A stretch of DNA of 64,000 bases from IMG/VR virus record IMGVR_UViG_3300038696_000205, positions 32,001 through 96,000 of that record, one strand, 5' to 3'. The position numbers and the translations under genes were made by a program. Below, piece by piece: positions 1 through 8,978 of the stretch (the first letter of the stretch is position 1; each line of letters begins with the position of its first letter). The notes under the pieces were generated by a model. It saw nothing but the letters and a program-made list of their open reading frames with translations. It was not told the origin of the DNA and made no database searches. Source of the stretch: a virus.

Positions 1-150
1 TAAATACTATTAAAAATTTAAATATACCTTCACCACATAATATAGCATTAGCCGAAGGTGTTATCTTAAGTCTAATAGCACAAGGAGATAAAATATACAA
101 ACAAACAAATGAAAGTATGTTGATATTCAATAGAACAAAAAAAAAATAAA

Positions 151-489
151 ATGGAATACATAGGATTGGTAGGTATGACAGAATACTATAAGAGCCTTAA
201 TCTATATGATTTAGTGAGAGCGGAACCTTATCCAGATAATTGGATTGACGAAAATGAATACCTAGATGAATACTCACTGGAATTCCTAAGTAAGATAGGA
301 AAGAAAGGTTTAGATATCTTACGTGAACAATTACTAGCCTTTGAATTATTTCGAGATGAAAAAGATTCCCCACTTCTACAAAATCACGTAAAAGAGGAAA
401 TATTAAAGTGCTTATATAGAAGTGGGGAAGAATATAAAAAAGCTAAAATTAGTATGCTAATATTTAATAGAACAAGAAATTTAATATGA
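151..489 (+). CDS. Hypothetical protein, paralogue of 643-918
   Basis: ORF of 112 aa; shares KIGxxGxxIxREQL with the 643-918 product. Confidence 0.65.
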   Translation: MEYIGLVGMTEYYKSLNLYDLVRAEPYPDNWIDENEYLDEYSLEFLSKIGKKGLDILREQLLAFELFRDEKDSPLLQNHVKEEILKCLYRSGEEYKKAKISMLIFNRTRNLI

Positions 490-593
490 ACGATGTAAAA
501 CAAAATGCCGCTAAAGAATACATAATACAAGGGATAGTGAATAACCAATACTTGGACGATTTAAATAAAATAGTCAACGGGTTAATGATGTAA
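486..593 (+). CDS. Small hypothetical protein (35 aa)
   Basis: ATG follows the 17-bp motif; MNDVKQNAAKEYII... Confidence 0.35.
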   Translation: MNDVKQNAAKEYIIQGIVNNQYLDDLNKIVNGLMM

Positions 594-642
594 GAATTTC
601 ATATACAAAAAAATCAAAGGAAATATTTAATAGAACAAGAAA

Positions 643-918
643 ATGAAAGTTAACGGAAGAATGAACGAGATTAAATACGTACAGGACTTAGATATAAGCG
701 AGCTGGTCAAATCAGAACTCATTCACGAACCATGGCAAATAATCTCCGAAAACCTAAGATACCAGAACCTGGACCTAAACGATTATGAGGCCGCATTAAA
801 AATAGGTCCAGAAGGTATTGAAATAATCCGTGAACAATTGACCGAAATAATCAGACATAGAAAAGTTCAGGAAATTATGATAGTCAATTTTATTCTAAAA
901 ATAGAACCCATATATTAG
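643..918 (+). CDS. Hypothetical protein, paralogue of 151-489
   Basis: ORF of 91 aa; KIGPEGIEIIREQL motif. Confidence 0.65.
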   Translation: MKVNGRMNEIKYVQDLDISELVKSELIHEPWQIISENLRYQNLDLNDYEAALKIGPEGIEIIREQLTEIIRHRKVQEIMIVNFILKIEPIY

Positions 919-957
919 GACACAAAAAAAGTATGGCAATATTCAATAGAACAAAAA

Positions 958-1104
958 ATGCAAAATAAATCCGATAACGAAAATCGTGCACTACCCAAAT
1001 ATTTAAATTTTGACCTATTTCCGCTCGCAGATGAAATGATAAGGGAATTTAAAGAAGAGGAAAAATCAAAACAAATATTTAATAGAACAAAAAATGGAAA
1101 ATGA
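958..1104 (+). CDS. Small hypothetical protein (48 aa)
   Basis: ATG follows the 17-bp motif; MQNKSDNENRALPKY... Confidence 0.4.
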   Translation: MQNKSDNENRALPKYLNFDLFPLADEMIREFKEEEKSKQIFNRTKNGK

Positions 1105-1243
1105 GAATTATACAATATGCCCGACCAAGATAAAAGCAGATGCTGAATTAAGTAGATTGATACAAGATGAATTTGATAAACTTATCTTAGAATCATTAAA
1201 TAAAGTAGCGTCAAAACAAATGTTTGAAAAATCAAGAAAATGA
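1094..1243 (+). CDS. Small hypothetical protein (49 aa)
   Basis: ATG follows the 17-bp motif; its stop overlaps the next ATG (ATGA at 1240-1243). Confidence 0.45.
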   Translation: MENENYTICPTKIKADAELSRLIQDEFDKLILESLNKVASKQMFEKSRK

Positions 1244-1455
1244 CAGTACCAGATATTAACGAATTATTGGATAGACCAAAGGTCAGAGAACAAAAATTCG
1301 AATGGTTGACCAAACTTACATATGTAGAATCGCATCGAATCCAGACAGAGCTGGACTATGAGGTGGAGAAACTTATGGTAACCGAAACGTACCATTATGA
1401 CACTATTAACATACATACTTTTAGGTTCAGGTTCTACACGAAGATTGAAAAATAA
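1240..1455 (+). CDS. Hypothetical protein
   Basis: ORF of 71 aa, translationally coupled to the upstream ORF. Confidence 0.5.
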   Translation: MTVPDINELLDRPKVREQKFEWLTKLTYVESHRIQTELDYEVEKLMVTETYHYDTINIHTFRFRFYTKIEK

Positions 1456-1509
1456 TATCAAACGGCCAAATCAAAACGAATATTCGACAGGTTTATAAAG
1501 CCTAAAGAA

Positions 1510-1900
1510 GTAGATGAAAAATTTACCAAAAAAATAGCCCAAAAATTTTACCAAAAATTTTTTTGCATATGACCTAACTAAATATTTAAAGTCAAAAAAT
1601 CTGGAGAACAAATAAAATTACATAATGGTACCAAAACGTTTTACCCCATATTAACCCAAAAAATTACCAGAAAAATTTTGTGAACGACATCATGTGGGGG
1701 TATATAGCACCAGTACGGGGGGTGTATAAGAGGGGTTACATAGGGGGGGTCTATGGGGGTATAGGGCACCCCTCCCTACGTTATAGCCTTAATAGGTATT
1801 CAGCTATACCCCACAAACAAACTACCGTTAGAACGTCTTAAAAGGATTCCTTTAATAACCTAATATAAAATAGGTTATTCGATGAACGGTAATTCCTAAT
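1510..1900. other. Non-coding block with A-tracts, six G-runs and hairpins (origin- or terminus-like)
   Basis: G-runs at 1696-1700, 1717-1722, 1732-1735, 1743-1749, 1755-1759 and 1764-1766; repeated AAAAATTT(T)ACC; sits at the coding-strand switch. Confidence 0.45.
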
Positions 1901-1954
1901 TTATTATGTTAAAGTTTTTTAATATAGAATAATTCTAAATAATAAAATAGGTAC

Positions 1955-1987
1955 AAAAAAACTACCTTTATTAGAGGTAGTTTTTTT
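1955..1987. terminator. Bidirectional intrinsic terminator
   Basis: AAAAAAACTACCT-loop-AGGTAGTTTTTTT. Confidence 0.75.
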
Positions 1988-2000
1988 ATTTATAATCGTT

Positions 2001-2570
2001 CTAAATTTCTAAACCTTGTAGTGCTAAGGTTTCACCGTTTTTAATCTTAAAGGTTTTGAAATTCATCTGATTTGATAATTTTTCAACCTTATTTTTCAAT
2101 TTCATATAGTTAGACCTGGTATCTTCGCCATATTCGATTGGACTAATAACTTTTTTGGTCATTAACAAGCCTTTAAAATAAAGATATTCATCTTTAGTGG
2201 CTAAACCTTTAGCTAGGCTAACATACGCTTCAATTTGCGCTTTAGATTTTACCATGGTTGAATCGCCCTCGGCTAACAATTTCGCCTTAATTTCCTCGCT
2301 AGAGGTTCTTTTAACAAGACTGGCAACAAGTTTGTTGTAAACGTTTTTAACGTTATCTTTGTTGTCTACATTATATAGTTCTACTAATTTACGTCTAACT
2401 TCGATTGATTGGAGGCTGTTTAAGTCCTTTATAAGCCTTTTTTCATAACTAAAGCCTACCAATATGGTTTGGTTTGAAATCTCGCCTTGTGAGTTCTCAT
2501 AGTTCCTAATACCTACAAAAGAAGTACCTTTGATTTGCTTTGCTGCTACGATTGTTTTTAATACTGACAT
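2001..2570 (-). CDS. Hypothetical phage protein
   Basis: ORF of 189 aa with an upstream promoter-like -7 box near 2609. Confidence 0.75.
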   Translation of the reverse strand: MSVLKTIVAAKQIKGTSFVGIRNYENSQGEISNQTILVGFSYEKRLIKDLNSLQSIEVRRKLVELYNVDNKDNVKNVYNKLVASLVKRTSSEEIKAKLLAEGDSTMVKSKAQIEAYVSLAKGLATKDEYLYFKGLLMTKKVISPIEYGEDTRSNYMKLKNKVEKLSNQMNFKTFKIKNGETLALQGLEI

Positions 2571-2682
2571 AATTTCTAAATTTTAAGGTTCATATTGTTT
2601 GATGGTGTAAAGATACAAAAACATATTTGATATTTATGTTAATAAATGTTAAAGTTTTTAATATTATAAAATATAATTTATT

Positions 2683-2749
2683 ATTTAGCTATTGGACGTA
2701 ACGGAGTCTACTCTACTAAGGTGTTACCTCAGCCCGTATCTTTCTACAT
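2683..2749 (-). ncRNA. Repeated structured RNA family, copy 1
   Basis: Minus strand TGTAGAAAGATACGGGCTGAGGTAACACCTTAGTAGAGTAGACTCCG behind its own TTTG/TACCTTTA promoter; no ORF. Confidence 0.65.
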
Positions 2750-2825
2750 TGTAAAGGTACAAATAAAAATCCTAACTACAAAAGTAATTAGGATTTATTT
2801 TTAGTTAATATGTTATCTAGTTATC

Positions 2826-2951
2826 CTAGAATAACGATACGATAGCCAATATAATAGCTATTAATAAGCTACCTAGTACAAAGGTCGCTAAAAGTCTGGC
2901 TATAATTAAATAAATCATTCCAATTGTGATACTGTTTTTTAAGGTTTCCAT
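2826..2951 (-). CDS. Small membrane protein (41 aa)
   Basis: METLKNSITIGMIYLIIARLLATFVLGSLLIAIILAIVSLF; own promoter near 2986. Confidence 0.5.
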   Translation of the reverse strand: METLKNSITIGMIYLIIARLLATFVLGSLLIAIILAIVSLF

Positions 2952-3150
2952 GTTATATATTTTTAGGTTTATATTATTTGATACTCAAAGATAATTTTTT
3001 TATCCGTAACCACCAAAAATAATCGATGAACTACATCATTTTTATTAAAATTGGATATTATTAAATAATATTTGTTAATTCGTTAGATTATTAGAAATAT
3101 GGTTTGTATCTTTGCCATGAACAAATATTATAACCTTTAATTTTTAAGAT

Positions 3151-3447
3151 ATGGAAAGTTTGTCAATTTATGGTCGTGCGCACAATGTAACATCTGAAAT
3201 AGAAATCTTCAATGATTCCGAGTTCGGTATGGATGTGGTAATTTGTCGATATGATGATGGTATTGAGGTTCGCAGAAATTGCACCGAGTTTCATCACTTG
3301 TTCGACACCAAAGAAGAAATCTTATTCAGCCATTGCGCATCAGCTTTTGAGTCCGACATACATACTACGGGTGGAACGATTAGTTACGATAAGATTAAAT
3401 GGATTATTGTGGAACACGCTACCAAATTACATGATAGCCACCGATAA
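3151..3447 (+). CDS. Hypothetical protein
   Basis: ORF of 98 aa; plus-strand GTATCTTTG promoter near 3105; terminator at 3466-3488. Confidence 0.75.
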   Translation: MESLSIYGRAHNVTSEIEIFNDSEFGMDVVICRYDDGIEVRRNCTEFHHLFDTKEEILFSHCASAFESDIHTTGGTISYDKIKWIIVEHATKLHDSHR

Positions 3448-3465
3448 TGGCTAACATCAAATAAG

Positions 3466-3538
3466 AAACCCCTAAATGGGGTTTTTTTTGTTGCTTGTTT
3501 TATACAAAAAAAAAAGGTGCCGATTAATCAGCACCTTT
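3466..3538. terminator. Two adjacent terminator hairpins between convergent genes
   Basis: AAACCCC-TAAAT-GGGGTTTTTTT and AAAAAAGGTGC-loop-GCACCTTT. Confidence 0.65.
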
Positions 3539-3566
3539 AAATATGATGTACACAAATGTGTATATA

Positions 3567-3797
3567 TTAGTCTTGGTAGACTGGTTCTATTAATGTTCCG
3601 TCTTCCGTTTCTATTGTTTGACCCTCCCAAAGTACCATGTACTCTAGTTCATCCCATTCGTAGCCATCTATTAAGGCTTGGTTTACATTTTCATCATCGA
3701 CTACATCAAAGATGCTTGTACCGTCTGTAAGGTATTCAGAAGCTCTATATGGGTGGTCGATTGCTACTTTTAAATCGGCTAAGGTATTAATTTTCAT
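3567..3797 (-). CDS. Hypothetical protein
   Basis: True start is probably MKINTL at 3797, downstream of the promoter near 3821. Confidence 0.65.
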   Translation of the reverse strand: MKINTLADLKVAIDHPYRASEYLTDGTSIFDVVDDENVNQALIDGYEWDELEYMVLWEGQTIETEDGTLIEPVYQD

Positions 3798-3843
3798 GTG
3801 GTTTGTTTTATTGTTCCCTACAAAGATAAGTATAATAATTGTA

Positions 3844-4542
3844 TTATACAAATTTAATCGTAAGAAAAAATGAATTAATATCAGCTATGTGTTTGTAGTG
3901 TGTAAACGTTGCAATTTCTTTTTTGTTTTGGTAGGTGTAAGATAGTTCGCTATCGTATGATGGTTCATAATTTATTTTCATTACCATTGTACCCATGACA
4001 TAAAATGACACCTCATACGTTGTCATTTCTTCAATGAAATCATCATCGTTAATGAAGCGTTTTTCCATTTTCTTCTTTAGGGTTACGTTACCCTGAAAAC
4101 CGCTACGATTGTTTTTTACATTAAAGGTAGTGTTTTCAGCATCTATTTTATTATCGACCATTTGAAAATCATTTTCATCTTTGCCCCAAACTAAATCTGT
4201 ATCGTTCTTCTTTAATTTTGTTACTATAATATCATCAATGATATAGTCTTCTTGTTCGTGGGTGCTTGCTATACGGTCTTATATAATTTTAACAAACCCT
4301 TGTATTCTATTATTAAAGAATTTTTTAGCTATTGCATCATCAAAAGAGGACATTCCCATCAATATGGTATGTTCTTCGTCATACCTTGGATAGTTTGAGT
4401 TGCCTATCGTTTCTGGCAATAAATAATTAAAGGCGTATAGGTTATCTGAACCATCGGTTTTACCCTCGTTCTTATTTGATAGTTCAAGAAAGTTTTTAAT
4501 AAATTCGTTGGTTAGTTCCTGTAAATTATCAGCTATTTTCAT
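3844..4542 (-). pseudogene. Single 232-codon reading frame interrupted by one TAA (4279-4281)
   Basis: ORFs 4279-4542 and 3844-4161 are in the same frame; the 39 codons between them are open (...FVKII*DRIASTHEQED...). Confidence 0.7.
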
Positions 4543-4704
4543 GTGGGTTGTTTTGTTTAATACTCCCGTTGGTCGGGCTTACCACAAAGATACAAAATAA
4601 AAACAACCCCACCTAATTTTGATGGGGTTATTTTTATTAAAATTTTAAAATAAAACTTTAACATATTATATTTTGTAGTCTCAAATAAAAGGCTTATCTT
4701 TGTA

Positions 4705-4799
4705 GTGTGCAAGAGACACGGGCTGAGAAATCAGAAGAGTAGACTCCGTTATGCAACTGCGTCAGCGTTGCTAGACTCCGACCTACCTTATACTCAAAT
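4705..4799 (+). ncRNA. Repeated structured RNA family, copy 2 (internal duplication of TAGACTCCG)
   Basis: GTGTGCAAGAGACACGGGCTGAGAAATCAGAAGAGTAGACTCCG...; own promoter (TTTG at 4672, TATCTTTG at 4696); ends at a hairpin at 4817-4853. Confidence 0.7.
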
Positions 4800-4859
4800 A
4801 TTTTGTTTTTAAAAAAAAATAACCTAGAATAGAAATTTCTATTCTAGGTTAAAGTTATT

Positions 4860-5030
4860 TTAGATTAATCCTATTGATAACAATACGGACTCGTGACCAT
4901 GCTCACAATGTCCATCAGGCTCAACCTCGCAACCATCTGAACAACAAGCTGGAACTACTGAATCCATACATTCAATCAACTCTAGTCCGTGTAATCTTAA
5001 TGCTGCACCCGCTGAAATTTTCTTACCCAT
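4860..5030 (-). CDS. Small Cys/His-rich putative metal-binding protein (56 aa)
   Basis: ...PACCSDGCEVEPDGHCEHGHESVL; own promoter near 5067. Confidence 0.65.
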   Translation of the reverse strand: MGKKISAGAALRLHGLELIECMDSVVPACCSDGCEVEPDGHCEHGHESVLLSIGLI

Positions 5031-5105
5031 AATAATATATTTTAAGGTTTATGTTATTTGTTACATCAAAGATAAGAATAATAATTGAATAAACCTAATT
5101 TTGTT

Positions 5106-5489
5106 TTAAATCTTTTCAAAAAGTTCTTCTATACTATATGGTGTTGTATGTGAACCGCAATACTCCCGTAAATCTTTAGTAATTAAAACGTAATCATCAT
5201 AACTACCGATAGGCGCATAAACTTTAGCAGACGTAATAAAACCATAATCACCACTTTTAAGTTTTACTATCTCACCTACTTTATTACCCTCTAATTCTTT
5301 AATGTATCTCGGTTTGATAAATTTATTAACGTTTCCATCTTTATCACAAATAAATGAAAGTTCATTATGGATTAATTTTGGTTTATCCAATAGGATACTT
5401 TGTATCCAAAGTTCGTCACCCTCTTTAAAAATATGGGCAAGACTATTAATCGTTAACCTTGCCCTAACCTTAATTTTTTTACCTCTCAT
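5106..5489 (-). CDS. Hypothetical protein
   Basis: ORF of 127 aa. Confidence 0.6.
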   Translation of the reverse strand: MRGKKIKVRARLTINSLAHIFKEGDELWIQSILLDKPKLIHNELSFICDKDGNVNKFIKPRYIKELEGNKVGEIVKLKSGDYGFITSAKVYAPIGSYDDYVLITKDLREYCGSHTTPYSIEELFEKI

Positions 5490-5491
5490 AA

Positions 5492-5719
5492 TTATACAAA
5501 TCTGTTTATATCGTTACCGCACATTTGCTTTGCACGGCTAATAAATTCGTCCTTAGAAGCCATCATAAGAATATCTCTAGTGTCCTTATCGAACCAGTAA
5601 GAAACACCCTCATCTTTGGTATTTTCGACTAGAATCTCGTTTGTCATGTTGAATTGACCTTTAGCCATCCCATCACCCTCGTTTAATTCAAATTGACCTA
5701 TTTTTCTTAGAACTTTCAT
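5492..5719 (-). CDS. Hypothetical protein, near-identical paralogue of 6983-7210
   Basis: MKVLRKIGQFELN...RAKQMCGNDINRFV. Confidence 0.75.
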   Translation of the reverse strand: MKVLRKIGQFELNEGDGMAKGQFNMTNEILVENTKDEGVSYWFDKDTRDILMMASKDEFISRAKQMCGNDINRFV

Positions 5720-5801
5720 AATAATAAGGTTTATATTGTTCGTTACTCAAAGATACGAAATAAAAACAACTCTACCAAATTAATGATAGAGTTATTTTAA
5801 A

Positions 5802-6137
5802 TTATTTTACATATTCGTCAACCCGTTCAATTTTGTTGTCGATAACATCTACCAAATCTTCAAAGTAAATATCTTCGATAACCTCTTTTACAGTACCCCT
5901 AGTACTAGTAAGGTAGATATTGTAAAGGTCTGAACCGTTAACTGAAATATAAACATGACCTTTATGGTGGTGTCCGTTTACCTTGAATCTAAGGAACTTA
6001 TTATACAAGTTCATCCATGCTTGACCACCCCAACTAAAAAACTTAAGACCGCCAGTCCTAAGAAGTCTCAAGGTTTCATTAACGTCTTGTTGTCTCATTG
6101 ATTTTGATAACTCTGATGTGTTTATTTTGTTTGACAT
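5802..6137 (-). CDS. Hypothetical phage protein
   Basis: ORF of 111 aa with own promoter; FKVNGHHHKGHVYI motif. Confidence 0.7.
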   Translation of the reverse strand: MSNKINTSELSKSMRQQDVNETLRLLRTGGLKFFSWGGQAWMNLYNKFLRFKVNGHHHKGHVYISVNGSDLYNIYLTSTRGTVKEVIEDIYFEDLVDVIDNKIERVDEYVK

Positions 6138-6274
6138 GATATAAGGTTTAATTATTAATAATAATCAAAGATATGAAATAAAAACTATAACAACTAATTA
6201 TTTAACATTTAATTTTATTTTAAAACTTTAACATATTATATTTTGTAGTCTGGAATAATAGCCGTATCTTTACG

Positions 6275-6342
6275 GTGTACAAAGATACGGTCTGACCCAG
6301 CAAGTTAGTAGAGTAGACTCCGTTGCACCATATACTGAAAAT
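6275..6342 (+). ncRNA. Repeated structured RNA family, copy 3
   Basis: GTGTACAAAGATACGGTCTGACCCAGCAAGTTAGTAGAGTAGACTCCG; own promoter; terminator hairpin at 6356-6379. Confidence 0.7.
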
Positions 6343-6382
6343 TCTTTTAAATGGAAAATGAGGTTTTTACACCTCATTTATT

Positions 6383-6906
6383 TTAGTAATTTTGGATTTG
6401 CTCCAAGACATATTTCTCATTATATGCGTGTGGATAACATTTTGAACATGATGCTTTACGCTTCCTTTTTTTATGTGAGGGACTTTCCGTACCACAAGAG
6501 TTACATTTCATGGTATATTTAGATTGAACGCTACTAGAGTGCTTAATACTAGAGCATCGCTCCCCATCGCAACCTATCGCTAGCGCAATACTTCTCCATT
6601 GCCAGTCGTGTGAACTTTTCCCCTAACCTCAAAATCTATGGCGTGGGCTATCTCGTGCAATATTGTATTTTTCCAAGTGGATAGCGGATTTTCACTATTT
6701 TCAATTATCCAACTGGATAGGGCAACCGTTTTCCTAGATTTACTACAAGTACCCAAAGCTGTTTTTTTCGTGTGGAAAACAAACCGCCATCCCAATTTAG
6801 CCATATTATAGACGTTACCTCTATAAACAAAATCGTTGGACATATACTCTAAAGCTAATTTCTTAATCGTTACTAGGTCGCTATTTACTTTTGTAGTTGT
6901 ACACAT
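6383..6906 (-). CDS. SprT-like zinc metalloprotease, split by a -1 frameshift at 6616-6623
   Basis: HEIAH motif in frame 0; the -1 frame continues SSHDWQWRSIALAIGC...KCNSCG...CSKC (second His motif and Zn ribbon typical of SprT) to TAA at 6383. Confidence 0.75.
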
Positions 6907-6982
6907 AATATATGGTTTATTTGTTATCGTTAATCAAAGATATTAAATAATATTTAAAATTCTTAATTATTTAACATTTAAT

Positions 6983-7210
6983 TTAAACAAACCGATTAAT
7001 ATCATTACCGCACATTTGTTTAGCACGGCTAATAAATTCATCACTAGAGGCTAACATAAGTATATCCTTAGTATCGTTACCAAACCAGTAAGAAACTCCC
7101 TCATCTTTGGTATTTTCCACCAGTATTTTATTGGTCATATTAAATAGACCTTTAGCCGCTCCATCACCCTGATTTAATTCAAACTGACCTATTTTTTTTA
7201 AGATTTTCAT
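6983..7210 (-). CDS. Hypothetical protein, paralogue of 5492-5719
   Basis: Start MKILKK at 7210, downstream of the promoter near 7244. Confidence 0.75.
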   Translation of the reverse strand: MKILKKIGQFELNQGDGAAKGLFNMTNKILVENTKDEGVSYWFGNDTKDILMLASSDEFISRAKQMCGNDINRFV

Positions 7211-7402
7211 GATATTATGGTTTAAATTATTTGTTACATCAAAGATACAAATAATAAATGTAACTACCAAATAAAAATATTAAATAAAAACTTGTGTATT
7301 AAAAAACTTTGTTTTATATTTGCAACCGCATTAAAGCAGACTATTGGGAATCACCAGTATAATGTACGGTATAATATACTGGTGAGTTTTAACATAATGT
7401 GT

Positions 7403-7678
7403 CTACCACATGCCGTAGGCTTCTCTATTTAGCTCTACTTTACTTTCAATCCATTTCAATACTTTTTCAGAATAGTAGGGTGTGCCGTTTTCTTCTAGGA
7501 AATTGCTTAACTTTCTTCGCACGTTTCTTGCATCTATACTGGTTTCCATTTTCAGGACGGTTCTTTTGCTGTAATAATCCCTGAACTCTAATGTGAGGTC
7601 GTTACCCTTAATGATAACACAAATAATACCACCTACCACGGACTCGCCAATCTTGAAACTTTTAGTTGCCTTTAACAT
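7403..7678 (-). CDS. Hypothetical protein
   Basis: Likely start MLKATK at 7678; the ORF-track start overlaps the promoter. Confidence 0.6.
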   Translation of the reverse strand: MLKATKSFKIGESVVGGIICVIIKGNDLTLEFRDYYSKRTVLKMETSIDARNVRRKLSNFLEENGTPYYSEKVLKWIESKVELNREAYGMW

Positions 7679-7900
7679 CTTATAACTTATTTTGGTTAAT
7701 AATTTTAGCCGTTTGTCGAACCCATGTACACATTTGTGTATATTGCTATTCCACATATCAAAGATAATACTTTTAATTGAATCTACCAAACATTATTTAC
7801 AAATAAAAAGGTTCGCACAATTAAGTACGAACCTCCTAACAAACAACAGGGAACCACCCCTATAACCAGTTTAGTACTGGTCAAACATCAACATCAAATC

Positions 7901-8386
7901 TTATATCGTTATTGATAGCGAACCATCTAAGGTTTTGCTATTTTCACCCCATGGCTTGAAACTAAAACCTATGTTTCTTTTTGGGAATATCTCTTTATAT
8001 AATTCAAAAGGTCTTCCCCAGTCGTCAGCATCACCATCACTAGTAACCTTTGTACTTCTAATGTGGTATTTAATTGACATTAAGAATAAACATACCGCCA
8101 AATCATAAGGCTTCCTAGCGGTCTTACAGAAATTATAATCAACCTCGCCCAAATCAATTAACATAGACTCATGGTCAAGTCCAAATTTAGAATTACCATT
8201 GAACGATATAAAGTCGTCATAGTAAACTACTCCATGTTTTTCACCCAAACCATCATGTAGGGTAAAGTGGTCTTCAAATTCAGGATTTGTAACAAAAGCT
8301 TCAATAGCTTTCATATCGGCTGTTAATTTCTTAAAGTTTCTTTTTGAAACTTCTCTTGACATACTAAAATAATGTGTGTAACCCAT
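7901..8386 (-). CDS. Hypothetical phage protein (MGYTHYF family)
   Basis: ORF of 161 aa; FCKTARKPYD motif; own promoter near 8411. Confidence 0.75.
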   Translation of the reverse strand: MGYTHYFSMSREVSKRNFKKLTADMKAIEAFVTNPEFEDHFTLHDGLGEKHGVVYYDDFISFNGNSKFGLDHESMLIDLGEVDYNFCKTARKPYDLAVCLFLMSIKYHIRSTKVTSDGDADDWGRPFELYKEIFPKRNIGFSFKPWGENSKTLDGSLSITI

Positions 8387-8459
8387 AATATAATTGTTTA
8401 TTTGTTCCCTACAAAGATAATACTTTTAATTGAATCTACCAAACATTATTTAATATTTT

Positions 8460-8705
8460 TAATATAAAAGGTAAGAAGCATTGTTTATCTCGCCCATACA
8501 CCCTTTAAGGGGTGCGTTCCCAGTCGGCTCATGGCAGACTATTTGCGAATGCAGGAATATTTTACCTGTACCTTCCTCTTGTGGTACAGTACTCCTTACC
8601 AATTAATTAAACCGTCAACCCTCGGTGCTACTTTTAAGTTTCTAGTTATGTGAGGGTAATTTTATATAGTTCACTAATCTATACTTCACAATAACGGTTA
8701 TTTTC
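8460..8705 (-). ncRNA. Candidate ~240 nt structured RNA of unknown class
   Basis: Promoter at 8713-8745 followed by no ORF; closing helix GGUAAGGA/UUCUUACC (8470-8600) enclosing CUGUACC/GGUACAG, AGUC/GACU and GCACCCCU/AGGGGUGU stems. Confidence 0.6.
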
Positions 8706-8755
8706 TACTCTGTAAAGATAATACTTTTAATTGAATCTACCAAATATATTTTGAT

Positions 8756-8977
8756 TTATTCTTCTCTAGCTAAAAAATTAGCTATCTCGTGCCGTAATAT
8801 GTTCCAACCTCCAGCGGTAGTTGCTTGGTCAAGTAATAACCTAGCTTCACCTATTACCCTACGTTTTTTTATGGTCGTTGGGGTGTATTTGTCAGTACCC
8901 TTAATAGTTGTTTTGGGTATAGGTCTATTGGTTATCGCCCTTAACCTATTTCTTTGGTTCGTATAATAAGCTTCCAT
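8756..8977 (-). CDS. Hypothetical basic protein
   Basis: ORF of 73 aa. Confidence 0.55.
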   Translation of the reverse strand: MEAYYTNQRNRLRAITNRPIPKTTIKGTDKYTPTTIKKRRVIGEARLLLDQATTAGGWNILRHEIANFLAREE

Positions 8978-8978
8978 A

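Larger units (their letters stand above)
122..1090 (+). promoter_or_regulatory. Five copies of a 17-bp motif (A/G)ATATTYAATAGAACAA, each just upstream of an ATG
   Basis: Copies at 122-138, 459-475, 622-638, 938-954 and 1074-1090, followed within 3-12 nt by ATGs at 151, 486, 643, 958 and 1094. Confidence 0.7.

Noticed and set aside
7700-7725. GGGTTCGAC T-loop-like word suggesting a tRNA or tmRNA
   Set aside because: No acceptor, D or anticodon arms around it; no tRNA, tmRNA or rRNA was recognised in the window.
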